A stretch of DNA of 64,000 bases from Bacteroidota bacterium (GCA_040387735.1 JAZKDE010000056.1:4395-68394); one strand, 5' to 3'. Counted from the first letter of the stretch, positions 38,489 to 48,831 are shown. Made by a program: numbers and translations. Notes: generated by a model not told the origin, from the sequence alone.

Positions 38489-41437
38489 TTAATATCCAAA
38501 AACCTCTTCCAAAGTCAATTTCTTTACTTCGCCATATTTTTTGAGGTCTTCCAAATTTACTTTTTTCTCCGATGCTACTATACACATATTGTATGGTTTC
38601 TTCGCAAATTCGGTATCTTGGAATTTCTTCAAATCTTCCAGCGTTAACTTGTCCAAAGCCTGATAAATTACCCGACGTTCATCGCCCGATACGCCTTTAT
38701 CTTGATTACTCAAATACGTATTGATGATGTTATCCTGCGTAATTCTTTCAGTTTGGTAATTCTTTTTCATGCTGGCTTTTGCGGTCTCCAAATTTTTAGG
38801 AGATTCTGGAAAAACATTCAATAACTCGTTCATTCCCGCAATTGATTCGTGGATTTTATCTGCTTGCGTTCCTACGTATGCTACCATTCTGTATTTCTCG
38901 TCTTTGGTATTTGGTGTGTAGTAAAACGCATACGTTGAATACGCCAAAGCTTTCGACTCACGAATGGTTTGGAAAACAATTGACGACATTCCTCCTCCAA
39001 AATAATTATTGTATAATTCCACGATTGGTGTTTCTGCAACATTGTATTGAATCGTTGGACGAACCCAGTTAATTTCCGCTTGAACCATGTCATAATCAGT
39101 AAACAAAACAGCAGGTTTTTCAGGAGCACTTGCCTCAAAATTAGCAACAAGTGGCAAATCAGCTTTGAAAGTTGCAGAGTTTTTATGAATTCCACCTACC
39201 GTAGAAGCTAAACTTTCCATCGTTTGTGGCCCGTAATAAACAATTGAATGTTTGTACGAAAACAAGTTTTTGAGAAAAGAAATCAACTCATCAGCCGTTA
39301 ATGCTTTCAATTCAGCATCGGTAAATTGTAACACATTTCTTGGATTTTTAGCTCCAAAAGTTGCGTAAGCAGTTAAGCCTTGAAGAATTGCTCCTTTGTT
39401 CAATTTAGCATCGTTTCTTTGTTTCAAAAGTCGACCTTTTAATAATTCTAAAGCGGCATCGTCTTTTTTACATTTGGTCATTAAATCTTCAAAAAGACCA
39501 ACCGTTTTTGCAAAATTCTCATTCAAACCCGACAACCCTAAGGTAATATGGTGGTCGGTATAAGATTGGGTGAAACTACTCGCCAAACGATAAAACTCAG
39601 TACTGATTTGTTCAGCATTCATTTTATCAGTTCCCACAAATTGTAAATATTGTAAAGCAATTGGTAAGATTTTGCTATTCCAAGAACCCATATCAAAGCG
39701 ATACGACATTCTAAATAAGTCATTATCGGTATTCTGCACGTAAAATGCATCCAAACTTCCAATCTTACCTTTCTTCATGTCTTTTGAGAAATCTAACCAT
39801 TTAGGCTCAATATTTGACATTGGCGTAGTGTTGACATCTTTCAAAAAGGCTGATTGAGCCTCACGATTTACTTCAACAGGCGTAATTGTTGGCTTATCAA
39901 CCTTAACAATATTTGGGTCAGTTCCTTTACGTTTATAAACAACTACGTAACCGTCGCCGCAATATTTTTTGGCAAAAGCCATAACATCTTCCTTCGTTAC
40001 TTTGCCCAAAGCATCATTAATAGCCACATTATCATTCCAGTTGGTAGCCTTTGATGCAATGAAACTACCCAACAGACCATAGGCACGAGAAGTATTGTCT
40101 TCTAAACCTTGAATGGCCGTTAGTTTAAAGTTTGCCGCAATAGCTTTAATGATAGATTCATCGAAATTTCCTGTTTTCAATTTGTCCAATTCACCCAACA
40201 ATAATGCTTTTACATCATCCAAACTTTGGTCTTTTTTGGGTGTTGCCGTCATTGACCACGTTGAATAATCTTTGTTCCATTCTGGATTTGAACTTGCCCG
40301 TAAAACCTTTTGAGCCTTTACTAAATTGAGGTCAATTAAACCCGCTTTTGAGTTCGACATCAATTCATCCACAATTGTTCCTACGATTTTATCTTTCGCA
40401 TTTACAGAACCTGACCAACGCCAAGCAATCGTAAGATTATCAGGTGTTGGCCCGAAAACTTCACGTATTATTGGACTTGTTATGGGAGCTTCAGGAGCGG
40501 GCTTATATTCTTGAACTGGTTTGGTAACCATGTATTTGAAAGACGCTTCAATTTTCTTGATAAGTTCATCCGAATTAAAATCCCCTGCCATGATAATTGC
40601 CATGTTATTCGGGACGTAATATTTTTTGAAATAGTTACGAATTTCCACTAAAGAAGGGTTTTTCAAGTGTTCAATCGTTCCGATAGTCGTTTGTTGTCCG
40701 TAATTATGCGTTGGAAAAAGAGCAGCGTTACGAGCTTCATAAACTTTCCAACCATCATTATCAAGGCTACGGTTTTTTTCTTCGTAAACAGCCTCTAACT
40801 CCGTGTGGAAAATCCGCAAAACAGGACTATGAAAACGTTCGGCTTGCAACTTTAAAAATCTATCAATGGCATTAGCAGGAATATCTTCAGTATAAACAGT
40901 TTGCTCATAAGAAGTGAAAGCATTTGTTCCTTGTCCGCCCATCGAAGCCATCATTTTATCATATTCGTTAGCAATGGCAAATTTGGCCGCTTCACCCGAT
41001 TTTTGGTCGATTTCCTTATAAATAGCTTTACGTTGGGTGGAATCTGTTGTTTTATTATATTTTTCGTAAAGAGCATCAATTTGGTCGAGCAAAGGTTTTT
41101 CTTTTGACCAATCCAATGAACCAAATTTATCCGTTCCTTTAAACAGCATGTGTTCCAAATAATGAGCAAGTCCCGTGTTGGTACGTGGGTCAGTATTAGA
41201 ACCCGCCCGAGTTGGAATCAGAGCTGCAATACGTGGTTCTTTGTGATTTTCGCTCAAAATAACCGTCAAGCCATTGGCAAGCGTATAAAAACGAGCTTTC
41301 ATGGGGTCGTTACTCACGTACTTATAAGTATATCCACCCGAGGTAGCAGTTTTCCATTCGTAAGATTTTTGAGCAAAGGTTGAGGACAGGCTGAGCAAAA
41401 GTGCATAAGCCAAAAGTAGTAAGCGTGCTTGCTTCAT
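38489..41437 (-). CDS. M16 family (pitrilysin/insulinase) metallopeptidase, double-length secreted form
   Basis: HxxEH inverted zinc motif (GLAHYLEHMLFKGT). Signal peptide follows the ATG at 41437 (MKQARLLLLAYALLLSL). About 980 aa, equal to two M16 units. Confidence 0.88.
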   Translation of the reverse strand: MKQARLLLLAYALLLSLSSTFAQKSYEWKTATSGGYTYKYVSNDPMKARFYTLANGLTVILSENHKEPRIAALIPTRAGSNTDPRTNTGLAHYLEHMLFKGTDKFGSLDWSKEKPLLDQIDALYEKYNKTTDSTQRKAIYKEIDQKSGEAAKFAIANEYDKMMASMGGQGTNAFTSYEQTVYTEDIPANAIDRFLKLQAERFHSPVLRIFHTELEAVYEEKNRSLDNDGWKVYEARNAALFPTHNYGQQTTIGTIEHLKNPSLVEIRNYFKKYYVPNNMAIIMAGDFNSDELIKKIEASFKYMVTKPVQEYKPAPEAPITSPIIREVFGPTPDNLTIAWRWSGSVNAKDKIVGTIVDELMSNSKAGLIDLNLVKAQKVLRASSNPEWNKDYSTWSMTATPKKDQSLDDVKALLLGELDKLKTGNFDESIIKAIAANFKLTAIQGLEDNTSRAYGLLGSFIASKATNWNDNVAINDALGKVTKEDVMAFAKKYCGDGYVVVYKRKGTDPNIVKVDKPTITPVEVNREAQSAFLKDVNTTPMSNIEPKWLDFSKDMKKGKIGSLDAFYVQNTDNDLFRMSYRFDMGSWNSKILPIALQYLQFVGTDKMNAEQISTEFYRLASSFTQSYTDHHITLGLSGLNENFAKTVGLFEDLMTKCKKDDAALELLKGRLLKQRNDAKLNKGAILQGLTAYATFGAKNPRNVLQFTDAELKALTADELISFLKNLFSYKHSIVYYGPQTMESLASTVGGIHKNSATFKADLPLVANFEASAPEKPAVLFTDYDMVQAEINWVRPTIQYNVAETPIVELYNNYFGGGMSSIVFQTIRESKALAYSTYAFYYTPNTKDEKYRMVAYVGTQADKIHESIAGMNELLNVFPESPKNLETAKASMKKNYQTERITQDNIINTYLSNQDKGVSGDERRVIYQALDKLTLEDLKKFQDTEFAKKPYNMCIVASEKKVNLEDLKKYGEVKKLTLEEVFGY

Positions 41438-41604
41438 GGTAAAGAAAGTAGATTTTAGATTAATTTTAATTGCAATAACGTGATAACAGCAGAAATAAGC
41501 TATAACTTTTTGATAAACGGTTTGATGGAATAGATGTTTCAATAAATTTTAGGCAAGTTAATAAATTTTTTACTCTATTGATTTGATAGAGTAAATAGAT
41601 TCAT

Positions 41605-41612
41605 TATATTTG
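41605..41612 (+). promoter_or_regulatory. Candidate -7 box upstream of the TauE-like gene
   Basis: TATATTTG at 41605-41612, 74 nt before the ATG. Confidence 0.3.
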
Positions 41613-41685
41613 TGAGATTTTTGAGCATTAATTCAACGGTAAAACATCAACCTCAACGTAAAAAACATCGTAAAAATCAAACAGA

Positions 41686-42600
41686 ATGAACGTAGAATCT
41701 CCTTCACAAACAAATATTATTAGTTCCAATAAAAGCAATGTTTATTCCTCTAAACTACTTTGGATTGGAATTCCAGCAACTTTATTAATTGGACTTGGTG
41801 CAATATTAATTTATAATTATCATGCGTCTTTTTCGGTTGAAAAATTAGTTGCTGGACTCAATCAAGATTTCTTTGTTTATCTACTAATCGGGATTTTCGC
41901 TCAATTAGTTGACGGAACTTTAGGCATGGGCTACGGAGCAACTTCTACTTCATTCTTACTTTCATTTGGAGTTCCTCCCGCCATTAGTAGTACAGGCGTT
42001 CACGTTGCAGAAATGTTCACGACAGGTGCATCGGCACTTTCGCATTATAAATTCAAAAACATCAATAAACGTTTAGTTACTTACCTTTTAATTCCTGGCG
42101 TTATTGGTTCAGTAATTGGGGCGTATCTACTTTCGGATGTAATTGATGGAAAAGTAATCAAACCATTCATTGCGGTTTATATGATTGTATTGGCCGTAAT
42201 GATTATTATTAAAGGTTTAAGAAATAACAATGTCAAGAAGAAAACCAAAAATTTAGGTGTTTTGGCCATTTTTGGAGGATTTATGGATGCTGTGGGTGGT
42301 GGCGGTTGGGGACCAATCGTAACTTCTACCCTCATAGGCCGTGGACGTGACCCCCGTTATACTATTGGTTCTGTGAATGCCGCAGAATTTGCCGTTTCAT
42401 TTGCGAGTGGTATTACATTCTTACTTTTTGAAGGAATTAATGGCTGGCAAGTAATTGCTGGTTTAATTATAGGTGGCGTAGTAGCTGCACCTTTCGGAGC
42501 ATTTTTTGTCAATAAAATCAAAAGAAGACCAATGACTATTTTAGTTGGGTTCTTAATTATTTATTTGAGTGGCAGAACTTTGTGGAAAGCTTTTATGTAA
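41686..42600 (+). CDS. TauE/SafE family sulfite exporter-like membrane protein
   Basis: 304 aa, about 8 TM, with repeated G-rich helices (DGTLGMGYG, GGGGWGP). Confidence 0.75.
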   Translation: MNVESPSQTNIISSNKSNVYSSKLLWIGIPATLLIGLGAILIYNYHASFSVEKLVAGLNQDFFVYLLIGIFAQLVDGTLGMGYGATSTSFLLSFGVPPAISSTGVHVAEMFTTGASALSHYKFKNINKRLVTYLLIPGVIGSVIGAYLLSDVIDGKVIKPFIAVYMIVLAVMIIIKGLRNNNVKKKTKNLGVLAIFGGFMDAVGGGGWGPIVTSTLIGRGRDPRYTIGSVNAAEFAVSFASGITFLLFEGINGWQVIAGLIIGGVVAAPFGAFFVNKIKRRPMTILVGFLIIYLSGRTLWKAFM

Positions 42601-42617
42601 AAACGATATTTGTTAAT

Positions 42618-42657
42618 AAAAGAGGTCAGCATTCAATATGCTGACCTCTTTTTGTTT
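42618..42657 (+). terminator. Intrinsic terminator after the TauE-like gene
   Basis: Stem aaaagaggtcagcat/atgctgacctctttt followed by a T-run. Confidence 0.85.
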
Positions 42658-42802
42658 TTAGCACAAGCTAATAATCGGACTGATTTAGCATATACTATTA
42701 GAAATTTTAAGTTTATTTTAATTAAATTTTAATAAGTTTTTAAGTATTAATACTTTTGTTTTGATGATGTCGTTTTTGATAAACAACAAAACCTTTACAA
42801 AA

Positions 42803-43696
42803 ATGAAAAATCTCCCAATGCTCGTGACTATTGTTACGATAGCTTTTTCTCTCACTAATTGCTCAGAAAAGAAAGGGGAAGGCGCTTCCGAATTTGCCGT
42901 AGCCGATACCTCCGTGGTTGATATTACTGCGGATGCGGGCGTACCACTCTCTCCCAAAGACCGTAAATTTATCCGTAAAGCTGACACAAGATTTAAAGTT
43001 AAGAATGTGCAAACTGCCACCAATGTTGTGGAGGATTTGATTGGTAAATACAAAGGTTTTATTATTCACAATGAATTATCAACTCATCTTTTCAGTGTCA
43101 ATGAGATAGAAATTAGTGAGGATTCCATTTTGAGAAATAAGTCGTATGAAACAAGCAATGAAATTATCCTGAGAATTCCGAATGAATCTTTTGAAAAAAC
43201 GCTTCGGGAATTACAACCCCTCATGGCATTTTTAGATAATCAAACCGTTTCTGCGGATGATGTAAGTTTATCCTTAATGAGTAATGAATTGCAGAAAAAA
43301 CGCTTCACAAAATTTGAAAAGAGATTTGAAAAAGGCATTGATGAAAAAGGGAAAAAATTGACAGAAATGTCATCTGCGGAGGAGAGTTTATTTAACCACC
43401 AATCAACAGCCGACGATAATCAGATTCTAAATTTAAAATTGAAAGATGAAGTGAATTATAGCACCATCACTCTACACCTTTATCAGTCGATGGCAACTAT
43501 CCAAGAAACATTGCCAAATATTGAGAACTCGCACGCTTTTAAACCTAATTTATTTTTGAGAATTTGGCAAAGTATCCGTGAAGGTTGGTATTTTTTGGAA
43601 GAAATTATTGTGGTAATATTCCGACTTTGGTTTGTGATTTTGTTGGGTTTAGGCAGTTTTTGGTTATATAAAAAACGAGTGAAGATAAATTTTTGA
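42803..43696 (+). CDS. DUF4349-like lipoprotein with C-terminal TM
   Basis: Lipobox (LTNC) after the ATG at 42803, a coiled middle region and a C-terminal hydrophobic segment. Family is assigned from memory. Confidence 0.5.
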   Translation: MKNLPMLVTIVTIAFSLTNCSEKKGEGASEFAVADTSVVDITADAGVPLSPKDRKFIRKADTRFKVKNVQTATNVVEDLIGKYKGFIIHNELSTHLFSVNEIEISEDSILRNKSYETSNEIILRIPNESFEKTLRELQPLMAFLDNQTVSADDVSLSLMSNELQKKRFTKFEKRFEKGIDEKGKKLTEMSSAEESLFNHQSTADDNQILNLKLKDEVNYSTITLHLYQSMATIQETLPNIENSHAFKPNLFLRIWQSIREGWYFLEEIIVVIFRLWFVILLGLGSFWLYKKRVKINF

Positions 43697-43732
43697 CACA
43701 ATGTTGTTCAATCAAACGGGCTAAAGCACGTG

Positions 43733-45256
43733 TTACTTAAAATTATCACTCATAATTTTAGCCGAAGAAAGTGCCAACGGAATGCCTCCTCCTGGGTGAA
43801 CACTACCACCTACGAAATACATATTTTTGATTTTTGAAGAGAAATTAGCGTGTCTCAAAAATGCTGCAAAACGATTATTTGAGGAATTTCCGTACAAAGC
43901 TCCTTGTGCTGAGGAGGTTTTCGATTCAATTGTTCTTGGGTCGAGAATTTCCTCACATTCAATTAATGCTGCAATATTCTGACCTAAAACTCTACTGATT
44001 TTTTTCAATACATTTTCTTTCGTCTGACGAATAATTTCATCCCAATTTTGTCCTTCGTTGGCTGGAGCATTTATCAATACAAACCAATTTTCGCAACCTT
44101 TCGGAGCATCATCAACTTTGTATTTTGAGGTAATATTGATGTAAACTGTTGGGTCGTGATAAATGCTTTTCTTATCAAACATCGTCCTAAACTCCTCCTT
44201 ATAATTATCACTAAAAAGAATATTGTGCAAGTTCAATTCGGGAAATTGCTTCTTAATTCCCCAATAAAAGATAACCCCAGAACTCGATTTTGGCTGATTT
44301 AGCAAGAAATTAGGGTGTTTTTCATTTGGCAAAAGTTTACGATACGTATGCGTTACGTCCATATTGGAAACTACGTAGTCATAAGGTATTAGGTCGTAGG
44401 TGCGAGGTTGTTGATTTTGAAGAGTAAAACCAATTACCTCTTCTCTATTTTCTTTGTCTTCTTTTATCCTCAATCCTTTTACTTCTCTATTTTCAATAAT
44501 AACTTCCTCCACCTTCGTTTTAAAATAAAACTTCACGCCCAGGCTTTCGGCTAATTTTACAAGTGAGTCGGTAATAGAAACCATGCCTTTTTTTGGAAAA
44601 AAAGCTCCGATATTATACTCCAAATGCGGAATAATATTCAAAGTAGCAGGCGTTTGGTATGGATCAGAACCATTATAAGTAGCATAACGATTGAAAAGTT
44701 GGACAATTTTCGGGTTTTTGAATAACTTTTCATTAGCATCATTCATTGTTCCAAAAATACCTAATTTTGGAAGATTCAAATAACCTTTCAAGGCTTTTCG
44801 GGATGTCCAAGTGGATAATTTGTGTAGAGAATCTTGCAAAAAAAGTCCGTCTAAAACTTCATATTTAAAGGCACTTTCTTTCAAAAATTGCGTAATTTTT
44901 TCGGCAGGTTCGCCTGTAATTTTCTCAACTTCTTCGGCAAATTTTTGAGGTTCAGCCCAAGCAGTTAATCGAGTTTGGTCTTCCCAAAAATACCGACAAA
45001 CTTCGTTAAGTTGTTCATATTCAAAGTAATCAGTTGGATTTTCACCCACTAATTCAAATAATTCAGTTACTAAATTCGGAAGCGTAAACAAAGAAGGGCC
45101 AGCATCGAAACGATAGCCATTGAGGTCGAAACTACTTAATTTTCCTCCCGCATAAGCATTGGCTTCATAAACATAAACCTCTAATCCTTTGTGAGCCAAG
45201 CGAATAGCAGAGGCAATTCCTGCAATACCCGCTCCGATGATGGCAACTTTTTTCAT
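43733..45256 (-). CDS. Phytoene desaturase family protein (CrtI/CrtD-type FAD oxidoreductase)
   Basis: N-terminal dinucleotide fold MKKVAIIGAGIAGIASAIRLA.KG..V.V.E and a C-terminal GG.VHPGGG.P motif. Confidence 0.85.
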   Translation of the reverse strand: MKKVAIIGAGIAGIASAIRLAHKGLEVYVYEANAYAGGKLSSFDLNGYRFDAGPSLFTLPNLVTELFELVGENPTDYFEYEQLNEVCRYFWEDQTRLTAWAEPQKFAEEVEKITGEPAEKITQFLKESAFKYEVLDGLFLQDSLHKLSTWTSRKALKGYLNLPKLGIFGTMNDANEKLFKNPKIVQLFNRYATYNGSDPYQTPATLNIIPHLEYNIGAFFPKKGMVSITDSLVKLAESLGVKFYFKTKVEEVIIENREVKGLRIKEDKENREEVIGFTLQNQQPRTYDLIPYDYVVSNMDVTHTYRKLLPNEKHPNFLLNQPKSSSGVIFYWGIKKQFPELNLHNILFSDNYKEEFRTMFDKKSIYHDPTVYINITSKYKVDDAPKGCENWFVLINAPANEGQNWDEIIRQTKENVLKKISRVLGQNIAALIECEEILDPRTIESKTSSAQGALYGNSSNNRFAAFLRHANFSSKIKNMYFVGGSVHPGGGIPLALSSAKIMSDNFK

Positions 45257-45280
45257 AATTTATCCGTAAGTGTTATTACA

Positions 45281-45369
45281 CCGAGAGCCACAGAGTTTAA
45301 GACGAGAACCACAGAGTATTTCCAAGTATTTTCTGTGGTTCTCGTCTTAAATTCTGTGGCTCTCTGCGG
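45281..45369. repeat. CCACAGAG-type nested palindrome, copy A (no associated gene)
   Basis: A 34-bp stem pairs 45283-45316 with 45331-45364 (two G-U, no mismatch), with a 14-nt loop. Contains GAGAGCCACAGAG, TTTAAG and GAGAACCACAGAG, with the CCACAGA words 21 nt apart. Confidence 0.9.
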
Positions 45370-45413
45370 CAGGCCTACCTGTATAACTTATTTTTCCTGA
45401 AAATTGTTAAGAA

Positions 45414-46490
45414 TCAAAAGAACAGCCATTCCATCGCTTTTGGGAATTCTTTACCCCATTGTGCTTCGCTATGTCCTCCTTCTGGGTCAAGCGAAAGATT
45501 AATAACTGTCTTTTTAACACCTTGTCTTTCAAGCGTTTGCTTTAATTTTTCCACATTTGGAATCATTGCTGAGCTTTCTTTTCCGCCTGCATAAACATAA
45601 ATACGAGTGGGTAAATGCGAGAGAAAATCAATAGCATCAAAGTAAATATTAGGAGAAACCCAAAGTGATGGAGAGAAAATCATCAACCGACCAAAAGCCT
45701 CAGGAAACATCAAACCCGCATAAATACTAATCAATCCACCCAAAGAACTACCCCCAATTCCCGTTGCTTCACGGTCAGGAATGGTACGGAAATTTTTATC
45801 CACGTAAGGTTTCAACGTTTTTGCCAAAAATTGAGCGTATTTACGTCCCTGTCCTTTCCCTAATTTTGGATTATTATACGGCGAATATTCTTGATAACGG
45901 TCTTCTCCACCATGTGCAATGGCCACCACAATCACGTCGCCTTTTTCACGAGCCGACAACACTGCTAATTGTTTATCAACACCCCAATTACCAAATTCAG
46001 AGCCGCTACCAAAAAGATTTTGAGCATCTTGGAGATAAATAACGGGATAACGTTTGGTTGATTTTTCGTAGTTGTGAGGCAAAAGAATGGATACAGCCCG
46101 TTTCTTTCCCAATTGTGGCATCTCAAATTCATCCGAAATTAAACGTACTTCGGGCATAAGATTTTCGGAAAGATTTTCGCCGTCAAGTCGCCAATGAGGA
46201 ACAAAATCTTGGCATACACCATTTTTTATTTTAGCAACTCGATTACCCGTAGGATTGCCAAATTCATCTAATTCTACTTGATTCCAGCCACCTTTGGTAT
46301 ATTTATATTCAAAAGTATCAGGGATTTTTATGCTTTCGGGAAACTTCAAAACATATTTCCCATCTTCTACTTTATCAAGTTTTAGTTCTTCCTTATTAGG
46401 CAACCATGCGTTAAAATTTCCCGATAAATATACAGGGCGTTCATCTTCAACGGGTGTGGTCAATTCAAAATACAATATATTCTTACTCAT
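45414..46490 (-). CDS. Esterase-family alpha/beta hydrolase with N-terminal CBM48/E-set-like domain
   Basis: N-terminal about 100 aa with V.L.G.FN.W........G.... .YKY pattern, then a putative esterase fold with nucleophile elbow GGSSLGG. Confidence 0.7.
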   Translation of the reverse strand: MSKNILYFELTTPVEDERPVYLSGNFNAWLPNKEELKLDKVEDGKYVLKFPESIKIPDTFEYKYTKGGWNQVELDEFGNPTGNRVAKIKNGVCQDFVPHWRLDGENLSENLMPEVRLISDEFEMPQLGKKRAVSILLPHNYEKSTKRYPVIYLQDAQNLFGSGSEFGNWGVDKQLAVLSAREKGDVIVVAIAHGGEDRYQEYSPYNNPKLGKGQGRKYAQFLAKTLKPYVDKNFRTIPDREATGIGGSSLGGLISIYAGLMFPEAFGRLMIFSPSLWVSPNIYFDAIDFLSHLPTRIYVYAGGKESSAMIPNVEKLKQTLERQGVKKTVINLSLDPEGGHSEAQWGKEFPKAMEWLFF

Positions 46491-46816
46491 TAAGTTTCGT
46501 GGTTTTATCAATTCGTAAAATTACGGAATAATCTTATCGTATTATCCTGTTTTCATTAAAACTCGTTTTTTCAAATAAGGTTTTAAGATTAAAGTATCAT
46601 TTGGACTAAAATCGCTATTGTTTGGGCGTTTGGCGGTATGTAGAATTGAATATTTATTTGGAAATTTGTAAGGTAAAATACCTATAAATCTCAAAACTAT
46701 GCAATAATTGAAAATTTCCGTAGAGAAAAGTTTTGTTATTGATTGTTATGCTTCGGAAAAGCAAAACCTTCGTAGAAAATAATTAAAGAAGAAAAACAGA
46801 GAACAAATTTTTAAAT

Positions 46817-48217
46817 ATGAATAATCCAACAACCTTATTCGACAAAGTGTGGGACGCACACGTTGTTCGTAAAATCGAAGATGGTCCAGATGTATTTCTG
46901 ATTGACCGCCACTTTATCCACGAAGTAACCAGCCCAGTTGCATTTTTAGGCCTGGAAAGTCGTGGCATTGGTGTCCTTTATTCAGAGCGTACTTTCGCTA
47001 CTGCTGACCACAATACGCCAACTATTAACCAACATTTACCTGTTCAAGACCCACTTTCTGCTAATCAATTGCAACAATTGGAAACGAACTCGGCAAAATA
47101 TGGTATTTCGCACTGGGGATTGGGACACGCTAAAAATGGTATTGTTCACGTAGTTGGACCAGAAAATGGTATCACACTTCCAGGGATGACCATCGTTTGT
47201 GGTGACTCTCATACTTCTACGCACGGTGCTTTCGGAGCAATTGCATTTGGTATTGGTACTTCGGAGGTTGAAATGGTACTTTCTTCGCAGTGTATTATGC
47301 AACCGAAACCAAAGAAAATGCGTGTAAACGTAAATGGTAAATTGGGGAAAGCGGTTACACCAAAAGACGTTACTTTGTACATTATCGCTCAACTTTCGGC
47401 GGCAGGTGCTACGGGTTATTTCGTGGAATATGCGGGAGATGTGTTCGAGAATATGTCAATGGAAGGACGTATGACGGTTTGTAATATGTCAATCGAAATG
47501 GGTGCGAGAGGTGGAATGATTGCTCCAGATGAAACGACTTTCAATTACTTGAATGGCCGTGAGCAAGCTCCCAAAGGAGAAACTTGGGACAGAGCATTGG
47601 CTTACTGGAAAACCCTTAAAACGGACGATGGAGCTACTTTTGACCTTGAATATACTTACAATGCAGAAGATATTGAACCACAAATTACATACGGTACAAA
47701 CCCAGGTTTAGGAACGGGTATTTCTAAAAATATTCCTTTGGCAACTGACGTAATTGACGGTGAAGCAAGTTATAAAAAATCATTGGGTTACATGGGATTT
47801 GCCGAAAACGAATCAATCATCGGGAAACCAATTGATTATGTTTTCTTAGGTTCATGTACAAACGGTCGTATCGAAGATTTCCGTGCTTTCGCTTCAATTG
47901 TGAAGGGTCGCAAAAAAGCGGATAACGTAACGGCTTGGTTAGTTCCAGGTTCGCACGTGGTTGAAGCTCAGATTAAAGAAGAAGGTATTTTGGATATTTT
48001 GACAGAAGCAGGTTTCTTACTTCGTCAGCCAGGATGTTCGGCTTGTTTAGCGATGAACGACGATAAAATTCCTGCTGGAAAATATGCCGTTTCAACGTCA
48101 AACAGAAACTTTGAAGGTCGTCAAGGCCCAGGAGCAAGAACGCTTTTAGCTTCGCCATTAGTGGCAGCAGCAGCAGCGGTGACGGGAAAAGTTACAGACC
48201 CTCGGGAGTTTTTATAG
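46817..48217 (+). CDS. leuC: 3-isopropylmalate dehydratase large subunit
   Basis: 466 aa. Aconitase-family motifs ([37 protein letters not shown]). Confidence 0.96.
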   Translation: MNNPTTLFDKVWDAHVVRKIEDGPDVFLIDRHFIHEVTSPVAFLGLESRGIGVLYSERTFATADHNTPTINQHLPVQDPLSANQLQQLETNSAKYGISHWGLGHAKNGIVHVVGPENGITLPGMTIVCGDSHTSTHGAFGAIAFGIGTSEVEMVLSSQCIMQPKPKKMRVNVNGKLGKAVTPKDVTLYIIAQLSAAGATGYFVEYAGDVFENMSMEGRMTVCNMSIEMGARGGMIAPDETTFNYLNGREQAPKGETWDRALAYWKTLKTDDGATFDLEYTYNAEDIEPQITYGTNPGLGTGISKNIPLATDVIDGEASYKKSLGYMGFAENESIIGKPIDYVFLGSCTNGRIEDFRAFASIVKGRKKADNVTAWLVPGSHVVEAQIKEEGILDILTEAGFLLRQPGCSACLAMNDDKIPAGKYAVSTSNRNFEGRQGPGARTLLASPLVAAAAAVTGKVTDPREFL

Positions 48218-48232
48218 GTGTATTTGAGGGGA

Positions 48233-48384
48233 TTTAGAGGGAAAGAGGTTACACAGAGAGCCACAGAGTTTTAAAATGAGAACCACAGAGAAAAAATCTC
48301 TACGTCTTTCTCATTTTCTCTAAAAATCTCTGTGGTTCTCAATTTTTTCTCTGTGGCTCTCTGTGTAACCTCATACCCTCTAAA
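48233..48384. repeat. CCACAGAG-type nested palindrome, copy B, directly upstream of the GxxExxY pseudogene
   Basis: Three stacked stems: 48233-48241/48376-48384, 48245-48268/48349-48372 (24 bp perfect) and 48278-48290/48328-48340 (13 bp perfect). Shares AGAGCCACAGAG ... GAGAACCACAGAG with copy A. Confidence 0.9.
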
Positions 48385-48410
48385 CAGGCTCAGATAAACA
48401 TAACAACAAA

Positions 48411-48782
48411 ATGGAAATAAACGAAATTACCAGAATAATCATTGGGTGTGGTATTGAAGTTCATAAACAGCTTGGTCCAGGTTTACTTGAATCAGCTTAT
48501 GAAGAATGTTTAGCTTTTGAATTGAAACAAAAAGGCTTACAAGTTTAAAGACAAAAAGCATTACCCATTCAATACAAAGACATCCAATTAGAATATGGTT
48601 ATCGAATAGATTTATTAGTTGAAAATACAGTGGTTATCGAATTGAAGAGTGTTGATATTTTACATCCATTACACGAAGCACAGATATTAATTTACATGAA
48701 ATTTGCTGAAAAGAAAATTGGGCTTTTAATGAATTTTAATGTACTTGCTTTGAAAGATGGCGTGAAGAGATTTATGAAATAA
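48411..48782 (+). pseudogene. GxxExxY protein (PD-(D/E)xK nuclease-like) gene with an in-frame TAA at codon 46
   Basis: Not in ORF track. My translation is [122 protein letters not shown]. The GLLESAY signature and D..(E.K) core are present. The stop at 48546-48548 falls where family members usually have Glu (GAA). Confidence 0.8.
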
Positions 48783-48831
48783 AAATTATATGGAATCTGA
48801 TTTCCATAAGAAAATAAAGCAAAATAAAATA

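Noticed and set aside
38348-38647. ORFs 38348-38647 (+) and 38361-38585 (-) near the 3' end of the M16 peptidase gene
   Set aside because: They overlap the M16 CDS end and its downstream hairpins, and they have no coding-like composition.
46512-46816. Leucine leader peptide / attenuator upstream of leuC
   Set aside because: The only short ORFs (MQ*, MLRKSKTFVENN*) contain no Leu run. I see small hairpins and a CGTAGA(G)AAA direct repeat, but no terminator/antiterminator pair I can defend.
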